From the NCBI RefSeq assembly GCF_009914755.1, contig NC_060927.1: DNA of 64,000 nucleotides, one strand, 5' to 3'. The stretch is from the human T2T-CHM13v2.0 reference genome, Homo sapiens. Both the position numbers and the translations under genes were made by a program. The notes beneath the pieces are model-generated. The model was not told the DNA's origin. It did no database searches and saw nothing but the letters and a program-made list of their open reading frames with translations. Positions 12,500 to 26,215 of the stretch are shown here, piece by piece; the first letter of the stretch is position 1; each line of letters begins with the position of its first letter.

Positions 12500-13300
12500 G
12501 TAGGGAGTATGTTCTGCTGATTTTAACAAAAACTCACCTAAAGTGGCTAACAGTAAAGGGTTTTAGTTTTCTTATGTCATAAGGAGTATGGTGGTAGGCA
12601 GTCTAGAACTGTCGGAGCTGCTAGAGGCATCAAGCACCCAAGCTCCTTCTAGCTCCCTTTTCATTGTGCCTATTTCTGGGTTTATATTCATTGTGCCCAG
12701 ATGGCTGCTCTTTCTCCAGACATTTTTTTTTTCAAATAAGATGAAGGGTGAACAGAAAAAGCAAAATGCAAATGCAAATGTTAGTTGAGCCTGTCCCATT
12801 TAACAAGTAGCTCTGAAGTCCCTTCTGGTAGACCTTCACTCCAATCTCCTTGGCCATAACTATCCCAAGACAAACATACCCAGCCTATGCTGCAAGGGAG
12901 TCTTTAAGCTGGGCATTTTTCTTTTTTCTTTTTTTTTTTTTTAATTAGGGTCTTGCACTGTTGCCCAGGCTGAAGTTCAGTGGCATGATCATGGCTCACT
13001 GCAGCCTCGATCTCCTGGGCTCAAGCGATCTTCTCACCCCAGCTTCCTGAATAGCTGGGACCACAGGCATGCATTACCATGCCCGGCTAATTAAAAAAAT
13101 TTTTTTTAGAGACTGGGTCTTGCCATGTTGCCCAGGCTGATCTCCAACTCCTAGGCTCAAGCAATTTCCCACCTCAGCCTCCCAAAGTGTTAGGATTACA
13201 GGTATGAGCCGCTGCGCCCAGCTTAAGCTGAGCATATTATCAACTTGAACAAAGCAGAGGGAAAGAAGGGGGAAATTACAGTCTGCAGCCATTTGATAAT
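12500..13300 (-). mobile_element. Old MaLR LTR (MLT1-type) interrupted by AluJ
   Basis: aacaaaaactcacctaaagtggcta...cccagatggctgct...tctccttggccataact...gctgcaagggagtct; appears to resume after the Alu. Confidence 0.45.
12916..13222 (-). mobile_element. AluJ, full length, with TSD
   Basis: J diagnostics (gcagcctcgatctcctgggctcaagcgat; ttgccatgttgcccaggctg); TSD ttaagctgggcat (12904-12916) / ttaagctgagcat (13223-13235). Confidence 0.97.
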
Positions 13301-13727
13301 TCAGAAATTTCAGTCTCTGCCTAAGTCCATCCTGGTGAAAGGAGGTTGGTATGTATGCCTTTTCAATTTTTTGTCTGAGCTCCAGTTGGCTGCTGGGATC
13401 TTTTATAACTGGCCTAAAAATTAAGCCATATTTTCTTTGAGGTTGACATTGTTTACATGTTATTTCCTCTTGGTTAACTATCATAGAAGCCTTTTGAAAC
13501 ACATTTTCGAAGTAAACATGAGAGCTAGCATTTAAAGCTCAGTCTTGTATTGGTTACCAAACGCACCTGGGGCAACTGATGTTTGAAGGGAGCAGAAAGG
13601 ATATTCTGACTTCCATATTCTGGATTCCCTAATATTGAACCCTGCAACAATCTGGTTCTTAGAAAACAATGTACTTGACATTAGCTTATTATCCACAAAT
13701 AACATTTCTTATTATACATTTAGACTA

Positions 13728-14103
13728 TGTCTTACTCAGTTCAGGCTGCTATCACAGAGTGTCATAGACTGGATGGCTTATAAACAACAAAAATTTATTT
13801 CTCCCAGCTTTGGAGTCTGGAGTTCCAAGATCAGGGTGCCAGCATGGTTGGGTTCTGGTGAGGACTCTCTTCTGGGTTGGGCAGGCTTCCAATTTATTGG
13901 CTTTTTATTGGTTCATTGTGCTGTGGTAAGATAGAGAGTTATCTGGGGTCCCTGTTATAAAGGGCATTAATTCCATTCATGAGGGCTCCATTCTCATGAC
14001 CTAATTACATTTCAAAGGCCTCACATCCCAATACCATCACATTGATGGTTAGGATTTCAGCATATAAGTTTAGTGGGGGGACAAAAATATTCAGTTCATA
14101 ACA
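13728..14103 (-). mobile_element. MaLR solo LTR (MLT1A/A0-like)
   Basis: tgtcttactcagttcaggctgctat...tccaagatcagggtgccagcatgg...ttcagttcataaca; TG..CA ends; TSD gacta/gatta. Confidence 0.9.
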
Positions 14104-16179
14104 GATTACATGCAGATTAAATGAAGACTTTTTGTAACACTCAACATTGCCACTTGGAGGAACTGTTCGATATGAGACTTCGTTGACAAGGGAAGACGTA
14201 TCTCTTTTAAAGAACTGAGAAATGCTCCTTAGAAGGCTTTGAGAGATACTTGACTTCCCTCGCACATTTTTTTTCTTTGTCTTGGCTGCTGGGAAACTCA
14301 GAGCCAATTTAGTGCTCAAAGGAATAAGACATTTCTCATTTCAGATTCCTGATAATATTATTTCCTTTTTTCTTCGAAAAGTTTCCTTTTCTTCACTTTT
14401 AACTATCTTCTGTTGTATATGATTTTTATCTTAAGCTGTCTTTTGAAATATAGAATAAAAATGATACGTGAATAAAGTGAAAATAAAAGAGAAAAATCCA
14501 GATTTTTTATTAATGTCTTATTCTACAAAAGCCATTTCTTTTGGTAGGAAGTAATTTATGCTGTCAGATTTGTCTTACAGTCTTTGGGTGGCAAAATGGC
14601 ACTTTCACTTTGGAAGTAAATAAATAAGCTACATTCTTCAATCTGTTCATCTTTCTGCATTTTAACTAGAGTTTAAATCTTGAGAGGGGTTGGCGTGAAT
14701 GGGTAATTACTACCGAGATGAATGGTGATGATGTTATTATTATGATGGTTTTTCTCTTATTTGAACTTTCAGAGGGAAGCAGCATTTATCTCGGTCAGTC
14801 TTAGAATTTGGAGAGGCAGGGGAACTAGAATTTTCCCTTCTTTCAAAATAGCAAATTTTAAATGTGACAGGCAGTAAAAAAGTTATGCTTGAGGTAACAC
14901 AACAATGGTGTTAATGTAATTGAAATAAAATAAGCAGCGGGTTGGACACCTTTCTATTTCAGTATAATTCTGCTCAATGGCAGTATATTTGACTTCATAT
15001 CCAAAATATGAATGACCCACATCTCTATTCAAAATAACCACCTAAAGTCAGTTCTGCCCTGAGATCTGAGTAGTGTGGGCTCTCTGTCTCCTCACCTAGA
15101 AAGCCTGCTCAGACCCTGCTACAGTCATGGCCTTCCCCATAGGAGAAGAATTCACACTGCCCACATGACATACATGCTCCTCTTAGAAACCTCGCTGCAG
15201 ATGTTTAGGATCCTGGACACCCCCTGCCCAGTCAGCTTCTAAGATCTGTGTGGAGGTGGCCAAGGGACAGCTGTTTTTCCTAAGGGTGATGATGGTGGGT
15301 GGTTTGGAGCTTGATTGGGTGGGTTGGGTTGTGTACTGACTTGCACTTGAGGCCCCTCATGGCACAGAATGGGTTATGGGGTGGGAACAGAACGGGTGGG
15401 CAGGACAGGGGCTGGGGGCTAGGCACTAAGGGCCAATCACTCCACACCTCCATATTTAAGTATGAAACTCCACAAGGTCTTAGAATTCTACATTTTGATT
15501 TTCCAGCTCCAAGCTCTTAAAGAACCTAAGGAAACAATGCTGTCAGGAGTGAGGACCTTGGGCCTCTGTGAAGATAGAGATTGCCTGTCTGTGATTTAGT
15601 GGGGTGACAAAAAGCTTCACGACACATGGAATTAGGAACTTCATCTAGATTTTCGCTCTGAGCTATGGGAATATTAGAGACAGACCCACTTAAATGTTTC
15701 TCTCCTTCCTAGGTTCTACTGTATAAAGTCCAAACTCTCAGTAGTTTTCAGGGTCCATCACTGCCTAACCTCAACCTCTTTACACTCTTGCAACATCCTT
15801 TCATGCACCTTGTGTCTCATACTATGTATCTTATTTCAATGCCCCACTTGCCTTAAATATCACCACCTGCCATCTAATCACTCCAAGGCAGAAAAGCAGA
15901 GTCATCCTTCCTAGTTCCAGCTCCCTCCGCCCTTATTTGCAGTCAGCCACTAGGTGCTCTGGACTCCTTCCACTTCTTCTTTCTTCCTGGTCACCTGTCT
16001 GGGGAAGGCTATCATCATCTCCACATGGATTTAGTGCAGGAGCTTTTGGTCTTCCCACATCTACTCTGACCTCATCCGACGCAGATCCACTTTGTGGCCA
16101 CAGTAATGTCTTTCAAACCAATGTTGAATCAGGTCACTCCTTGCTTGGCTGCAATGGTTACTATGAATAAATACCAAAA

Positions 16180-16595
16180 ATGTGGTCCCCAGGCTCAGAT
16201 CACTCTCCTCCTCACTCTCTGCACCCTGTTGTACTGCCCTCCTCATGGTTGTTTCCTTAGTCATGTGCTCCCAAGGGCCCCATTCTTCAGCTGTCAGCTC
16301 AACTCTCACCTCAACTCTCACCTCTTCAGGGAAGAGATAAGCAGGTTCCCCTGACACATGCCATCATAGCACCCTATGACTTTACTGCACTCCTCACTGT
16401 TTGGATGTATGTGTTCATTTGCATGATTATCTCTTTAATATTTCTCTCTTCTTATAGACCTTACTGTGTTCTATAAGGTCAGCTGCTGTATTTATTTTTG
16501 CAACCGTTGCAACACCAGGATTTAGCATGGCATCTGGCATGGAGTAGATGCTCAAAACATGTTTGTTGAATGAATGAATAAATGTATGAATGACT
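16180..16595 (+). mobile_element. L2 LINE 3' end
   Basis: ctggcatggagtagatgctcaaaacatgtttgttgaatgaatgaataaatg is an L2 tail. Confidence 0.75.
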
Positions 16596-16644
16596 CAATG
16601 TGATTTTCCACAAAGAAGATAGTATATAAGGAAAATGACAATAA

Positions 16645-17500
16645 GAGTGGTTAATACTTATGGTTTATGCTGTTCCAGACACTATGCTAAGTGCTTTACA
16701 TTGATTACCTCAAGAAGCACAACATACTCGCAAGGTACATTCTATTCTTATCCCCAACTTTATATATGAGAAAGTTAAGGCACAAAAAAGCAAGGTACCC
16801 ACTCCTTTAGTGTGGGATGCACATATTGACTTCTTTCCAAATATTGTGGTATGAAGAGGGGGAAAAATAGTAATTTGATAGTGTAGAAACCTGATAAACA
16901 CCACCTTAGCCAGGTGATCAAGGTCATTATGTTGATAGTGCATGTCCTTGACATGATGTGATGAAAATGGTGTGTTACCTCTGTGATCTTCCTCCCCAAA
17001 ACACTAATCACAAGAGAAATATCAAATCCCAATTCCGAGACATTCTACAAAATACCTGACCAGCACTTCTCAAAACTAACAAGGTCATCCAAAACCAGCA
17101 AAGTCTGAGGAACTATCATGGCCAAGAGAAACCTAAGGAGACATGATGGCTTCATGGAATGTGGCATCCCAGATGGGATCTTAGAGCAGAAAATGGACTT
17201 TAGGTAAAGACTAAGAAAATCTGAATAAAGCATGGGCTTTTGTTGATACGAATGTCTCAATATTGGTTTGCAATAAAATGCAACAAATGAACCATATTAA
17301 TGTAAGTTGCCAATAAGATGGGACACTGGATGTGGGGTATATGGGAAGTCTCTGTACTACGTTTGTATTTTTCCTGGTAAATCTAAAACTGTTCTAAAAG
17401 CTGAAATTTATTTTTTTAAAAAGGCAAGGTCACAGAGCTGGAAATGGATATAGTTAAAATTCACTGCCCTGTCATCTGACCAGATTCCTTGCTCTTAACT
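16645..17500 (-). mobile_element. MIR SINE split by an old L1 fragment
   Basis: ccagacactatgctaagtgctttaca...gagaaagttaaggcac...caaggt | caaggtcacagagctggaaatgg. Confidence 0.65.
16797..17420 (+). mobile_element. Old L1 (L1MC/L1MD-like) 3' UTR fragment
   Basis: gaaacctgataaacaccaccttagccaggtgatcaaggtca...gacattctacaaaatacctgaccag...taaatctaaaactgttctaaaa; flanked by gcaaggt repeats. Confidence 0.85.
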
Positions 17501-17949
17501 GGTGAGGTTTTCCCTAGGGCTATCCTTGGAAGATAGGACAACATTCCAAATTTCAAGTTCAAATTCAGCCTAATCAATCCAAATATGGAACTGATTAATG
17601 GCAGCCTTGACCCCTACAGGGGACCAACCTGGGGCACCTCCAGTAGGAGCAGAATCACAGGTGTGCTGTGGGATCCGTATTCCAACCAGGTTGGAGAAGG
17701 TTGTAAGCAATGGCAAATCAGAAGTGAAGACAATCCCTACACTCAAACTTGGGCTGGTCTGAGGTGGCAAGTACAGCGGCTTCTCCCAGAAAGTTATGCT
17801 GAGAGCAGGGCGGGGCACATTGCTGGCATCTGGATGGATTTTCCTTCAACTCCTTCTGTTGAAATTCCATGTATAAGCTCCAATATCCGTATCATTTATG
17901 AAACTTTCTCTGATCCTCCCAGAAAAAGTGAACTCTGGCAGTGTGAAGT

Positions 17950-18175
17950 CAGAGTGGAGGAGCATGTGCTTTGAAATGGATGGGTGAGCATCTTGCCTCT
18001 GCCAGTCCTGGGCATGTGACCCCAGGCTAGCTATTCAACCTCTTAGAGCCCCAGTTTGCTCATCTAAAAAGCAGGGATAGAAATTCTTACCTCTTAGGGC
18101 TGTGAAGAACAACAGAGAAAGGTGAATATTTAAGTACCCAGCTCAGCACAAAATGAATGCTAAGTAAGAGTTAGT
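17950..18175 (+). mobile_element. MIR SINE
   Basis: tgtgaccccaggctagctattcaacctcttagagccccagtttgctcatctaaaaa...cttacctcttagggctgtg. Confidence 0.7.
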
Positions 18176-18239
18176 TCTGTGTGTCTCCTTCCCAATTTCC
18201 TCTCTCTGGAGTCAGCATATTTCTCACGCCATTATTAAG

Positions 18240-18400
18240 TACTGGCTTCAGTCTTTCTTATTAGTCATAAACATGACCGTGTCCCCACAAGACCACAAAC
18301 TTCTTGAAGGAACAGGCTATGTTTAATTCATCTTTGTATTTCCAGTGCTTGAAAAAGGACAGGGTAGGTTCTGAATAAATCATCAATTTAACTGAACTGA
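18240..18400 (+). mobile_element. L2 LINE 3' end
   Basis: aaacttcttgaaggaacaggctatgtttaattcatctttgtatttccagtgc...aataaat. Confidence 0.65.
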
Positions 18401-20289
18401 ATTAAGCTGAATTGAAAAAGCTGGGTGTTTTTCAAATAATGTTTCCTCTTAGGGAATTTGACAGAAGTGGATGAGAGCACACCCAATGACTTCTGAGAGC
18501 ACCCTAGGCTTTCTGTCAGTGTTGGTCGAAGCAATCTTTCCAGGAGCACATTGACCTTCTTTTTTTTTCATTTGTTGATAAAGGACTTTGGTCATCAGCT
18601 GTTGATACAGTGCTTCCAAGTTAAATGAAATCAACTCACCACTGCAGTGCACCTGTTTTCAGCCTCGGCTGATCTTGCTTGAAGGGCAGAAAATGAGGGC
18701 AAGCCAAAGACCAATGACTGACATAGGTGGGTCAGCCGGTGGTTGACATCCCCTTGCTGGAAGCCTTGGGCAGATTTGCTTGGCCATTAGCCACAGTGGG
18801 CCCTGGCACTGCTTTTGGCTCCTGTGTGGCACAGATTAGGGAGCACAGAGGTGAAACAAATGGGCATGATGCTGACAGGTTTCTATTAATTTCATAACAA
18901 GGAATTCCATGCAGTTGACAAACACATTTTGAAGGTTGATTGTTGGCAGAGCACCATCATAGCCAAGTGAATGTGATATTAACCAAGCCATAGTTCATCT
19001 GGAGCCCATTACTGCCTTCTTCATTTCTCATTTGTCATTGAGAGGACAAAGTTTCCACCAGGCAGAGGGAGTTGGGGAGGCAGGGGTTGGCAAGGGCACA
19101 GGCTTTGGGATTCTGGCTCCACTGACCAGCTGTGGAAAGTTGGGCCAGAAACCTAATCTTTCTGCCTCCAAGTTTACACCCCTGTATGTTGTATTTGATT
19201 CTTATTTGCAGTGAGCGCTCATGAAATGCTTATAATGTATCCTGGTACAAAGTAAGAGCTCAGGAAACTCTAGTTGTTTTTAATCCTGGCAGCACTTATT
19301 TTTTAGCCATAAAGCATCTATTTGTGTTTCAAGAGTGAACCTCCTCGTTGTATATTATTCTCAAGATGCACATCAATTTCACATGATTTATGTTTATTAA
19401 GGCTCTAGAAATGACTGTTCCTGGACACAGAAAGCATAGTGCATTTAGTCGTGTTGACTGAGAAGAAGTGGCAATTAGAGAATTTTATCAAATCTATTAT
19501 CAGTAATTACAAAATATAGCGTGAACTATTATTATCAAAACTTCGAAGAAAGTCATATTATTGATAGTACGCTTATTAACTCAGTGGGAATGACACTTAA
19601 TTAAAAATCAGTGGGGGGCTGCCTTTGGGTTTTTTTGTACAACATGTACCAAAGATTTTGCTGCAGTGCAGAAGTGTAATAAATGCTTCTTATTTAATCT
19701 GGGAGTTCTGTTACTCCACAGTGCTCATTTATGTGATAAACGATTATCATTGATCTTTCATAAGTTACTGCTGCTGTCTATTTAAAAAGAGGCCTCAGTC
19801 ACTTTTATTATAGTGTGTTTGAAAGACTGTAGAGAGAAATATCTGAAATCACCACTTCCTAGTTACCATCTTCATAATACTGTAAGGCAACACAGAATTT
19901 TTTTATTTCATTTTGTTTGAATAAACCACAGTCTAACAAGATGCTTCTGTTTTATTATCAGGCAAAGGTAAATGTAAAAATTCATGGGACAATGGGCTGA
20001 GATTACCAGAGAATACATTCATAAGAGACATTTGGGAGGCTGTGAATTTCAAGTACGTTCTAGGGCTGAAAGTAATAACTAGAATTGGTTGTGGATATGT
20101 CTATATATGAGCCAGAGGAATGGATAGAAATCCAGACATTAAGAATTAATTTCAGACTGGCTATGTCATTTCACTTGTGCAGACAAGAATCTTCTCATCC
20201 ATCTGGTGATGGAATCGATGTTAGAAATATGTCTTTTCCTCTGTCATTATCTGAAGATACACAAGCAGAATTCACAAATATTTTTCTAG

Positions 20290-20800
20290 GAATGTCTGTT
20301 GGGATACCCATTCTCAATCTTGGCGTCTCATCCACAAATCCCACACTTTTTGTAGTGCTGATACGCATGCCCCTCGTTTCTAGACTGACCTCCCCTCTGT
20401 GTAAAATCTTGTGTGGACTCTGTCAGCCTCTCTCATCTTCCAGCTTACTAACGTTCCAGTCCATCCTGCCTGTGTGGCCAGATTAGTCTCCCTAAAGATC
20501 TGCTCCCAACACATCACCCTTCCCTTTCCCAAAGTTTATAAAGCACCCTTTCTTCCTACCGTGCTTTGAGAACAAACTTCTCCTTCACAATATAGTCTGA
20601 CTCATCTTTTTCTACCCAAGTCTTGCACAATTCTTAAATACTTCCTCATATTCCATCCAAATGATGTAGCCCCTTGTTTTCAGAACTCATATGCCCTTTG
20701 TTTTCCTGTTTCTGTCTTTGCTCATCCTGTTTCTTCAGAACTCTATTTCTTTTTTTTATCCCTATCTCTGTTTGCTAAAATCTTATCCACTGCTAAAAAC
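20290..20800 (+). mobile_element. L2 LINE fragment
   Basis: Pyrimidine-rich L2 body (ccagtccatcctgcctgtgtggccagattagtctccctaaa...catcacc). Confidence 0.5.
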
Positions 20801-21499
20801 AACCACGCATACCAACTCATCACACGTTCAACAACAACAATAACAACAAATTTTTCAACTTTTATGAAAAATTACTATAACAACATTGATAATTTGGAAA
20901 ATAGAGGAGAAAACAATCACAAGTCTCTGATGTATTAATAATTATTAGTATTTCCATCTCGTAGATAAGGAAACAGAGGCCCTAAGAGATTAAATAATTT
21001 GCCTGGGCCACACATCCTGTAACTAGCAGAAAGTTGGGATGATAACAAGTCTACACCAAATCTGCTGATTTGTGAAATAGGAAAAAATTTTCATTTCTGT
21101 CTCTTGTTTTCACTTAATAGTTTGAGAAGCTCAGGGCTAGTCCTATAGAGCTAGCCATTTCCCCCTAAGTAACATCTGCAAATCTAATTGCACCTGAAAA
21201 TATATTCCATTATTTGTAACCTCCTTGCCTTCTAAGCTTGTGGCACAAGTTGACTAGAGGTAGGGTTCTTTGTTTGCTCAGCACTGTCATAAACTTGGTG
21301 AGCATCTGTGGTGGTAGAAGCTCAAAAAGGCCAAATTTCTCTGTGTAATAGAGGGGAAAGAGTTGTAAAGTTCCCAGAAGAAAAGTTCAGGGGAGAGGAA
21401 TGAGAACTAAAGGGAAATCATTTGTATGGAAGGAAGGGTGTGGTCTAAAAGAAAAACCTCATAATAAAGAGCAGTTTTAGCATATAGAAACATTTAAAA

Positions 21500-21968
21500 A
21501 TTGTTTCATTTTGAACTAATATACATTATCCCTGATGTAGATTCATACACAGCAGTAAGAAATAATACAGAGATATCCCCTAGGCATGTCACCCAGTTTC
21601 CCCCAGTGGTATTATCTTGGATAAGTACAGTTCAGTATCACAACCAGGAAACTGACATTGATAAAATCCACTGACCTTATTCAGATTTCACCAGTTTTAC
21701 ATGCACTTGTGTGTGTGTGCACAAGTGGGTGTGTGCAGATGCCGATGTGTATTTGGCTCTATGCAATTTTATCACAAGTGTAGATTGGTGTGAGCAACAC
21801 CACAGTCAAGGGAAAGAACAGTTCCACCATAGGATTTCTAGTGTTGCACTCCTGTAGCAAACCATCTCCCTCCCCTCCCCATCCCTAACCTCTGGGAACC
21901 TCTAATCTTTTCTCCACCTCTATAATTGTATCATTTCAAGAATGTTATGTAAATAGAATCATACAGTA
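21500..21968 (-). mobile_element. Old L1 (L1MB/L1MC-like) 3' fragment
   Basis: gtaagaaataatacagagat...acccagtttccccca...tatcacaaccagga...catttcaagaatgttatgtaaatagaatcatacagta. Confidence 0.85.
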
Positions 21969-22889
21969 AACTTTTAATATGAAATTTTCAGTTATTTGTT
22001 GGGAAGTTTTGTGATATAAGCACCTCATCTGTCTTTCTAATGTCATCTTGAGTCTATGCTGCTTGCTATTGCTTTTACAACTTAGGCCACGGGGAGGCAG
22101 TATGTGATGGAATGCAAGTTCCTAGGAATTGAGAGATGTTGTAGGTAGAGCTTTGACTTTCAAAGACCACAGAATTGGTGGAACTGTGAGCCCACAGTAC
22201 CTAGATCTCTAAGGGGCAAAAGAGGTACATGTGACATTGCATGAGATAATATTTGACATAGAGCAACTAGAGATGTGAGTGCATTCTGGCCACATCATCT
22301 GCTAACTGTGTAAGATGTTTCCTCATCTGTAAAATGAGGATGATAGTGATATCAACATCATAAGGTTGAGGAGAAGATGAAATAAAATACATTGTGTACC
22401 TTGCCTGGCATGTATAGTTTGAAACATTGTAGCTTCTCAGGTATATATTTATTTCACAAATATTTATAGAGCATTTCCTGTATGTCAGGAAGCACCAGGG
22501 TCAGATACAAAGGTGAGCAAGGGTAGATTAATCTCTAAGAAATATGTACTTCTTTTAGTTAAGTGGAGTATGGTTATAGAAAGCATACAAAAGCAGCAAT
22601 AAAGCATAATTTAGTCCGATTTACTTTTCTATAGAAATATAGTTTTTTTGTTTGTTTATTGCCTGTTCCCTTCTGCTATTGATCCAAGCTGTTAATTATC
22701 ACCTATCTTTCAGAAGAAAAGTGTTAATTGCTCCTTTAATCCTTAACTCCTTCATCTGTAAAATAAAACTTTATCTTTCCTACCTCTCAGGATTATTCTA
22801 GGGAAAGAATTTGGGAAGAACAGAGAAGGCAAAGTATGTAAAAGAATTGGTAAACAGCAAAGAGCTTGTGAATGTGAGGTACCACAAGA

Positions 22890-23030
22890 GCAGCATGGAG
22901 GAATGAGCACATACCTGGAGGTAGAAGTCCTGGGTTCAAATCCTGTATTAGCCACATGGTGCTAGTTGTGTGACTCGGAGCAAGTAATTCAACTACTTGG
23001 GGCTTCAGTTTCTTGACATGTCAAATAAGA
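22890..23030 (+). mobile_element. MIR SINE
   Basis: cctgggttcaaatcctg...gctagttgtgtgactcggagcaagtaattcaac...ttcagtttct. Confidence 0.75.
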
Positions 23031-23049
23031 ATGACATCACACATAAGTA

Positions 23050-23556
23050 TGTCTCTCTCTTAACGTTGTGCTCTGGGCACTACACACCACCCCCCGCCTC
23101 ACCCCCACCCAAGTCCCTCTCTACTTTTCTCCTTTTCTCTGTGCTCTGGGTGCCTGATCCCTCTGAATGCCTCATCCAGCTCCCTGGCCAGTTAGCTGTC
23201 AATTAAATTTGGCCAATGAGAGGCATTGGCAAATCAGAAAGTTATGGGAAAGAAGCTGGGGCACTTCTTTGCTCTCTCTGCTTCTGTGCCTAGTATCTGG
23301 CAAGGATTGTGCCCCTCCTTGAACTCAGTCTCCAGGATAAACCCTCCTAGATGGTGCAATTCTCACTGAGCTTTAGTAACATTATATTTTCCTGGAGGTT
23401 GATAACAGCTGTCTACTGTTGTAAGTTTCTGGATGCCTCACCATCCCTTACTAGTTCACTTTTTCCTCTCTGCACCTCTGCACTCCTTTCATTAAGGTCT
23501 GTTCCCTTGAACCAGCTGAGCTAATTATTATTCCTGCCAAGATCCCAACTGGTACA
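23050..23556 (+). mobile_element. ERVL solo LTR (LTR33-like)
   Basis: tttggccaatgagaggcattggca...cctttcattaa...ttcctgccaagatcccaactggtaca. Confidence 0.6.
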
Positions 23557-23737
23557 GGTGGGAAGGGATTAAATTTAAATATAAATGAATATTATTTAGC
23601 CTTGGGTCTGGCACACAATAATAAACAGTGATTCTCAGGCTCTCATTTGTCTACATGATTTTGCTTAGTTTTTGTGCAGAGAGTACCTTCTTTTTATTCC
23701 TTATGGCTTACATCAAATCCACTCTTTTACATTAAGT

Positions 23738-23758
23738 ACACACACACACACACACACA
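23738..23758. repeat. (CA)n microsatellite
   Basis: About 10 AC units. Confidence 0.9.
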
Positions 23759-25585
23759 AATAGAGCAAGCCTGTTTTCCCCATCCAGAGATTATGCTGCC
23801 ATGAATTTGCCTCTGTCAGCCCTTCCAGCTGACCCATAGATCCTCACCCTCTGTTTGGAAACTATCTGTATTTTTGTACTAAATGCTAAAGAAAGATCAT
23901 GTGCAAGTTAGCAGAGCTTCTCCTGGGATTTTTACAGCCTGCTGTTTTCAGTTGAGAAGGTCTTGGAGTTTCTTGTTTGTTTGTTTTTTAAGATTTAGGC
24001 TCAGAATTGGAAGTTACCTTGGGGTTGTCTCCTTCAGCTTCTTTTTCATACATAACCCAATCCTTTTAAGCTCTAAGTAACTAAGAAGTGTGATTTGGAG
24101 AAAAATTAAAAGAAACCCCTGCTCTTCTCCCACGATATCCAGGCATGGATTAAGATGCTGTCATTTGAAGATCTTTCTGGCTGGATTTTTCTTCCCCTAA
24201 ATGATTGAGTTAACACAATTAATTTTATAGCATCTCCTCTGGTAATCACAAATGATTTTTTATTATATAATTTCCAGTAGGAGAAAGATGGGTGAGTAAT
24301 GAAGTTGTGTGACCAGAGACAAATAATGTGGTTGCCAATATTTGGAGTCTAATTCAATCTGTTTCCTGCCTTTGGATGCTTTAGACTCCTGGGATTTTAG
24401 GAATGGAAAGAGCCTTACTGATCACCAATCGATTCCTCTTACTAACCGATAAGGCCACTGTGTGAGGCTCAAATTTAGGAACTTACTTGCTCATTTAGGA
24501 AGATGTCGTATCTAGTTTTTATGGCTAATGAATTCAAAAGCATAATCTAAGTGTTGCTATTGATCTCAGAACCTTGAGTAGAGAAAGGTTACCATTTCCA
24601 TTGACTGTTTTGGAAAGAAAAGCAAAAACGTGAGAATACTGATCTACATGACCCTCCGTTTAAAATTAAGAAGGAAATCTGCCTCCCTGGGCTCATGCTT
24701 GCTTTCTTGCTTGCTTTCTTTCTTTGCTTTCTTTTCTTTCTTCCTTTCTTTGTTTTGAGCTAACAAGCTCTGAGAACTATAATATTTGGTTTCAGTTTTT
24801 CTACATGTGTATGTCTGAATTCTACTTTTCTTTTTCTTTTCTCTTCTTTGAACCATGCAAGACATTTGCTTGTGTGAAAAAATCATAAATTTAATAAGAA
24901 AAGAAAAGAGGTATGTAAGAAAAGCTGGGCCCTTTATTCACCAGGTATTATTGGCACACAGCCCAGGACACATGTGGTTCTCAGGGAAAACCAGAACAGA
25001 TTAAGACCTGAATAAGAAATCATTGGTTCCAAAATTCTTAGAAAATCCTTCACAAATGAAATTAATAAATATTTAAACATCTCCTAAAAATAACATTGTG
25101 TCAGCTTCATTCCTTGTTCAATTTAGTATTTATAAAAATTTCATTGTCTTAGAAAACATGTGAAGGTGAGATGTTCTTTCACAAATTCCCAAGTCTGCAT
25201 GATAACTGCCAAGAAATCACTGACATTCTAAATTAAATGAGTTTTTGAGCCAACTAATTTTCAAGGCAAAATTGTAAATAAAAACCTTTCATTTTAATTT
25301 CCCTGCAGAGAAAATGATATTTAATGTGTGATGTGGGTACACATTATATTATTTATGTCATATGGACTGAGGCCTCCAAGAACAAAATACATGGGATCTT
25401 TGAGGGGCTTAAACGTGTGCAGAGGATGACAGGAGAAGTGGGAGGAACATTTTATAGTTCGCTGGAATGGGGTTCTGTACCAGTGCTCCACTAATGTTAC
25501 ATGAATAACATTACATGAATAATATTACAAGAGCCACCTTAGTAGAGTGGAAGGCACTGATGGTCACTGTTTCTGTTAGTAGAAT

Positions 25586-26215
25586 GTACTTATTATCTAT
25601 TACTATGTAACAAATTACCACATACTTAGCAGCTTTAAACAACAATTTACTATCTCATTATTTTTGCGAGTCAAGAGTCAAAGCTCTGCTTAAATGGGTC
25701 TTCTGCTTGGAGCCTCCCAGTATGCAATCAAGGTATCCACCAGGCTGTTTTCTCCTCCAAAGGCTCGACTGAGGAAAATTCACTTCTGAGCTCATTTGGA
25801 TTTGCAGGCAGAATTATTTTTCTTGCACTCTTAAAAGCAGAAGAAGACTGAGGGTCTCACCTTTGCTAGGTCACAGCTAGAGGCTGCTCTTTGTTCTCAG
25901 AGGCTATCTGGCATTCCTAGAGGCTGCCTGTGGTTCCTAGAGGCTGCCTGCAGCTCCATGCCATGCTGGCTTTTCTCCTGTGGCAGATCACTTTATCAAG
26001 TCAACAAGAAGAGTCTCTAGAGTAAGTCTGATAGCAAGATGGAGTCTAATATACTAAAACACAATTATGGGAATAATAGCCCATCACCTTTGCCACATTC
26101 TGTAAGTTAAAAGCAAGTCATAGGTCTCTTCTACCTTCAAGAATAGATGGTTACACAAGAGCGTGAACACCAGTAAGTGGGGATCACAGGGGAGCCACCT
26201 ATAAGCCTCTCCAAT
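25586..26215 (-). mobile_element. MaLR solo LTR (MLT1E/F-like)
   Basis: atgtaacaaattaccacatacttagcagctttaaacaaca...tgcaatcaaggt...cccatcacctttgccacattctg...aagcaagtcataggtc. Confidence 0.8.

Noticed and set aside
17585-17974. 129-aa ATG-initiated ORF
   Set aside because: No recognisable homology, and no poly(A) or TSD of a retrocopy. It ends in a MIR and its length is compatible with chance.
24920-25410. Possible hAT-type DNA transposon remnants here and at about 11480-11990 and 15030-15530
   Set aside because: The texture is suggestive, but I cannot assign family or boundaries reliably without a Dfam search.
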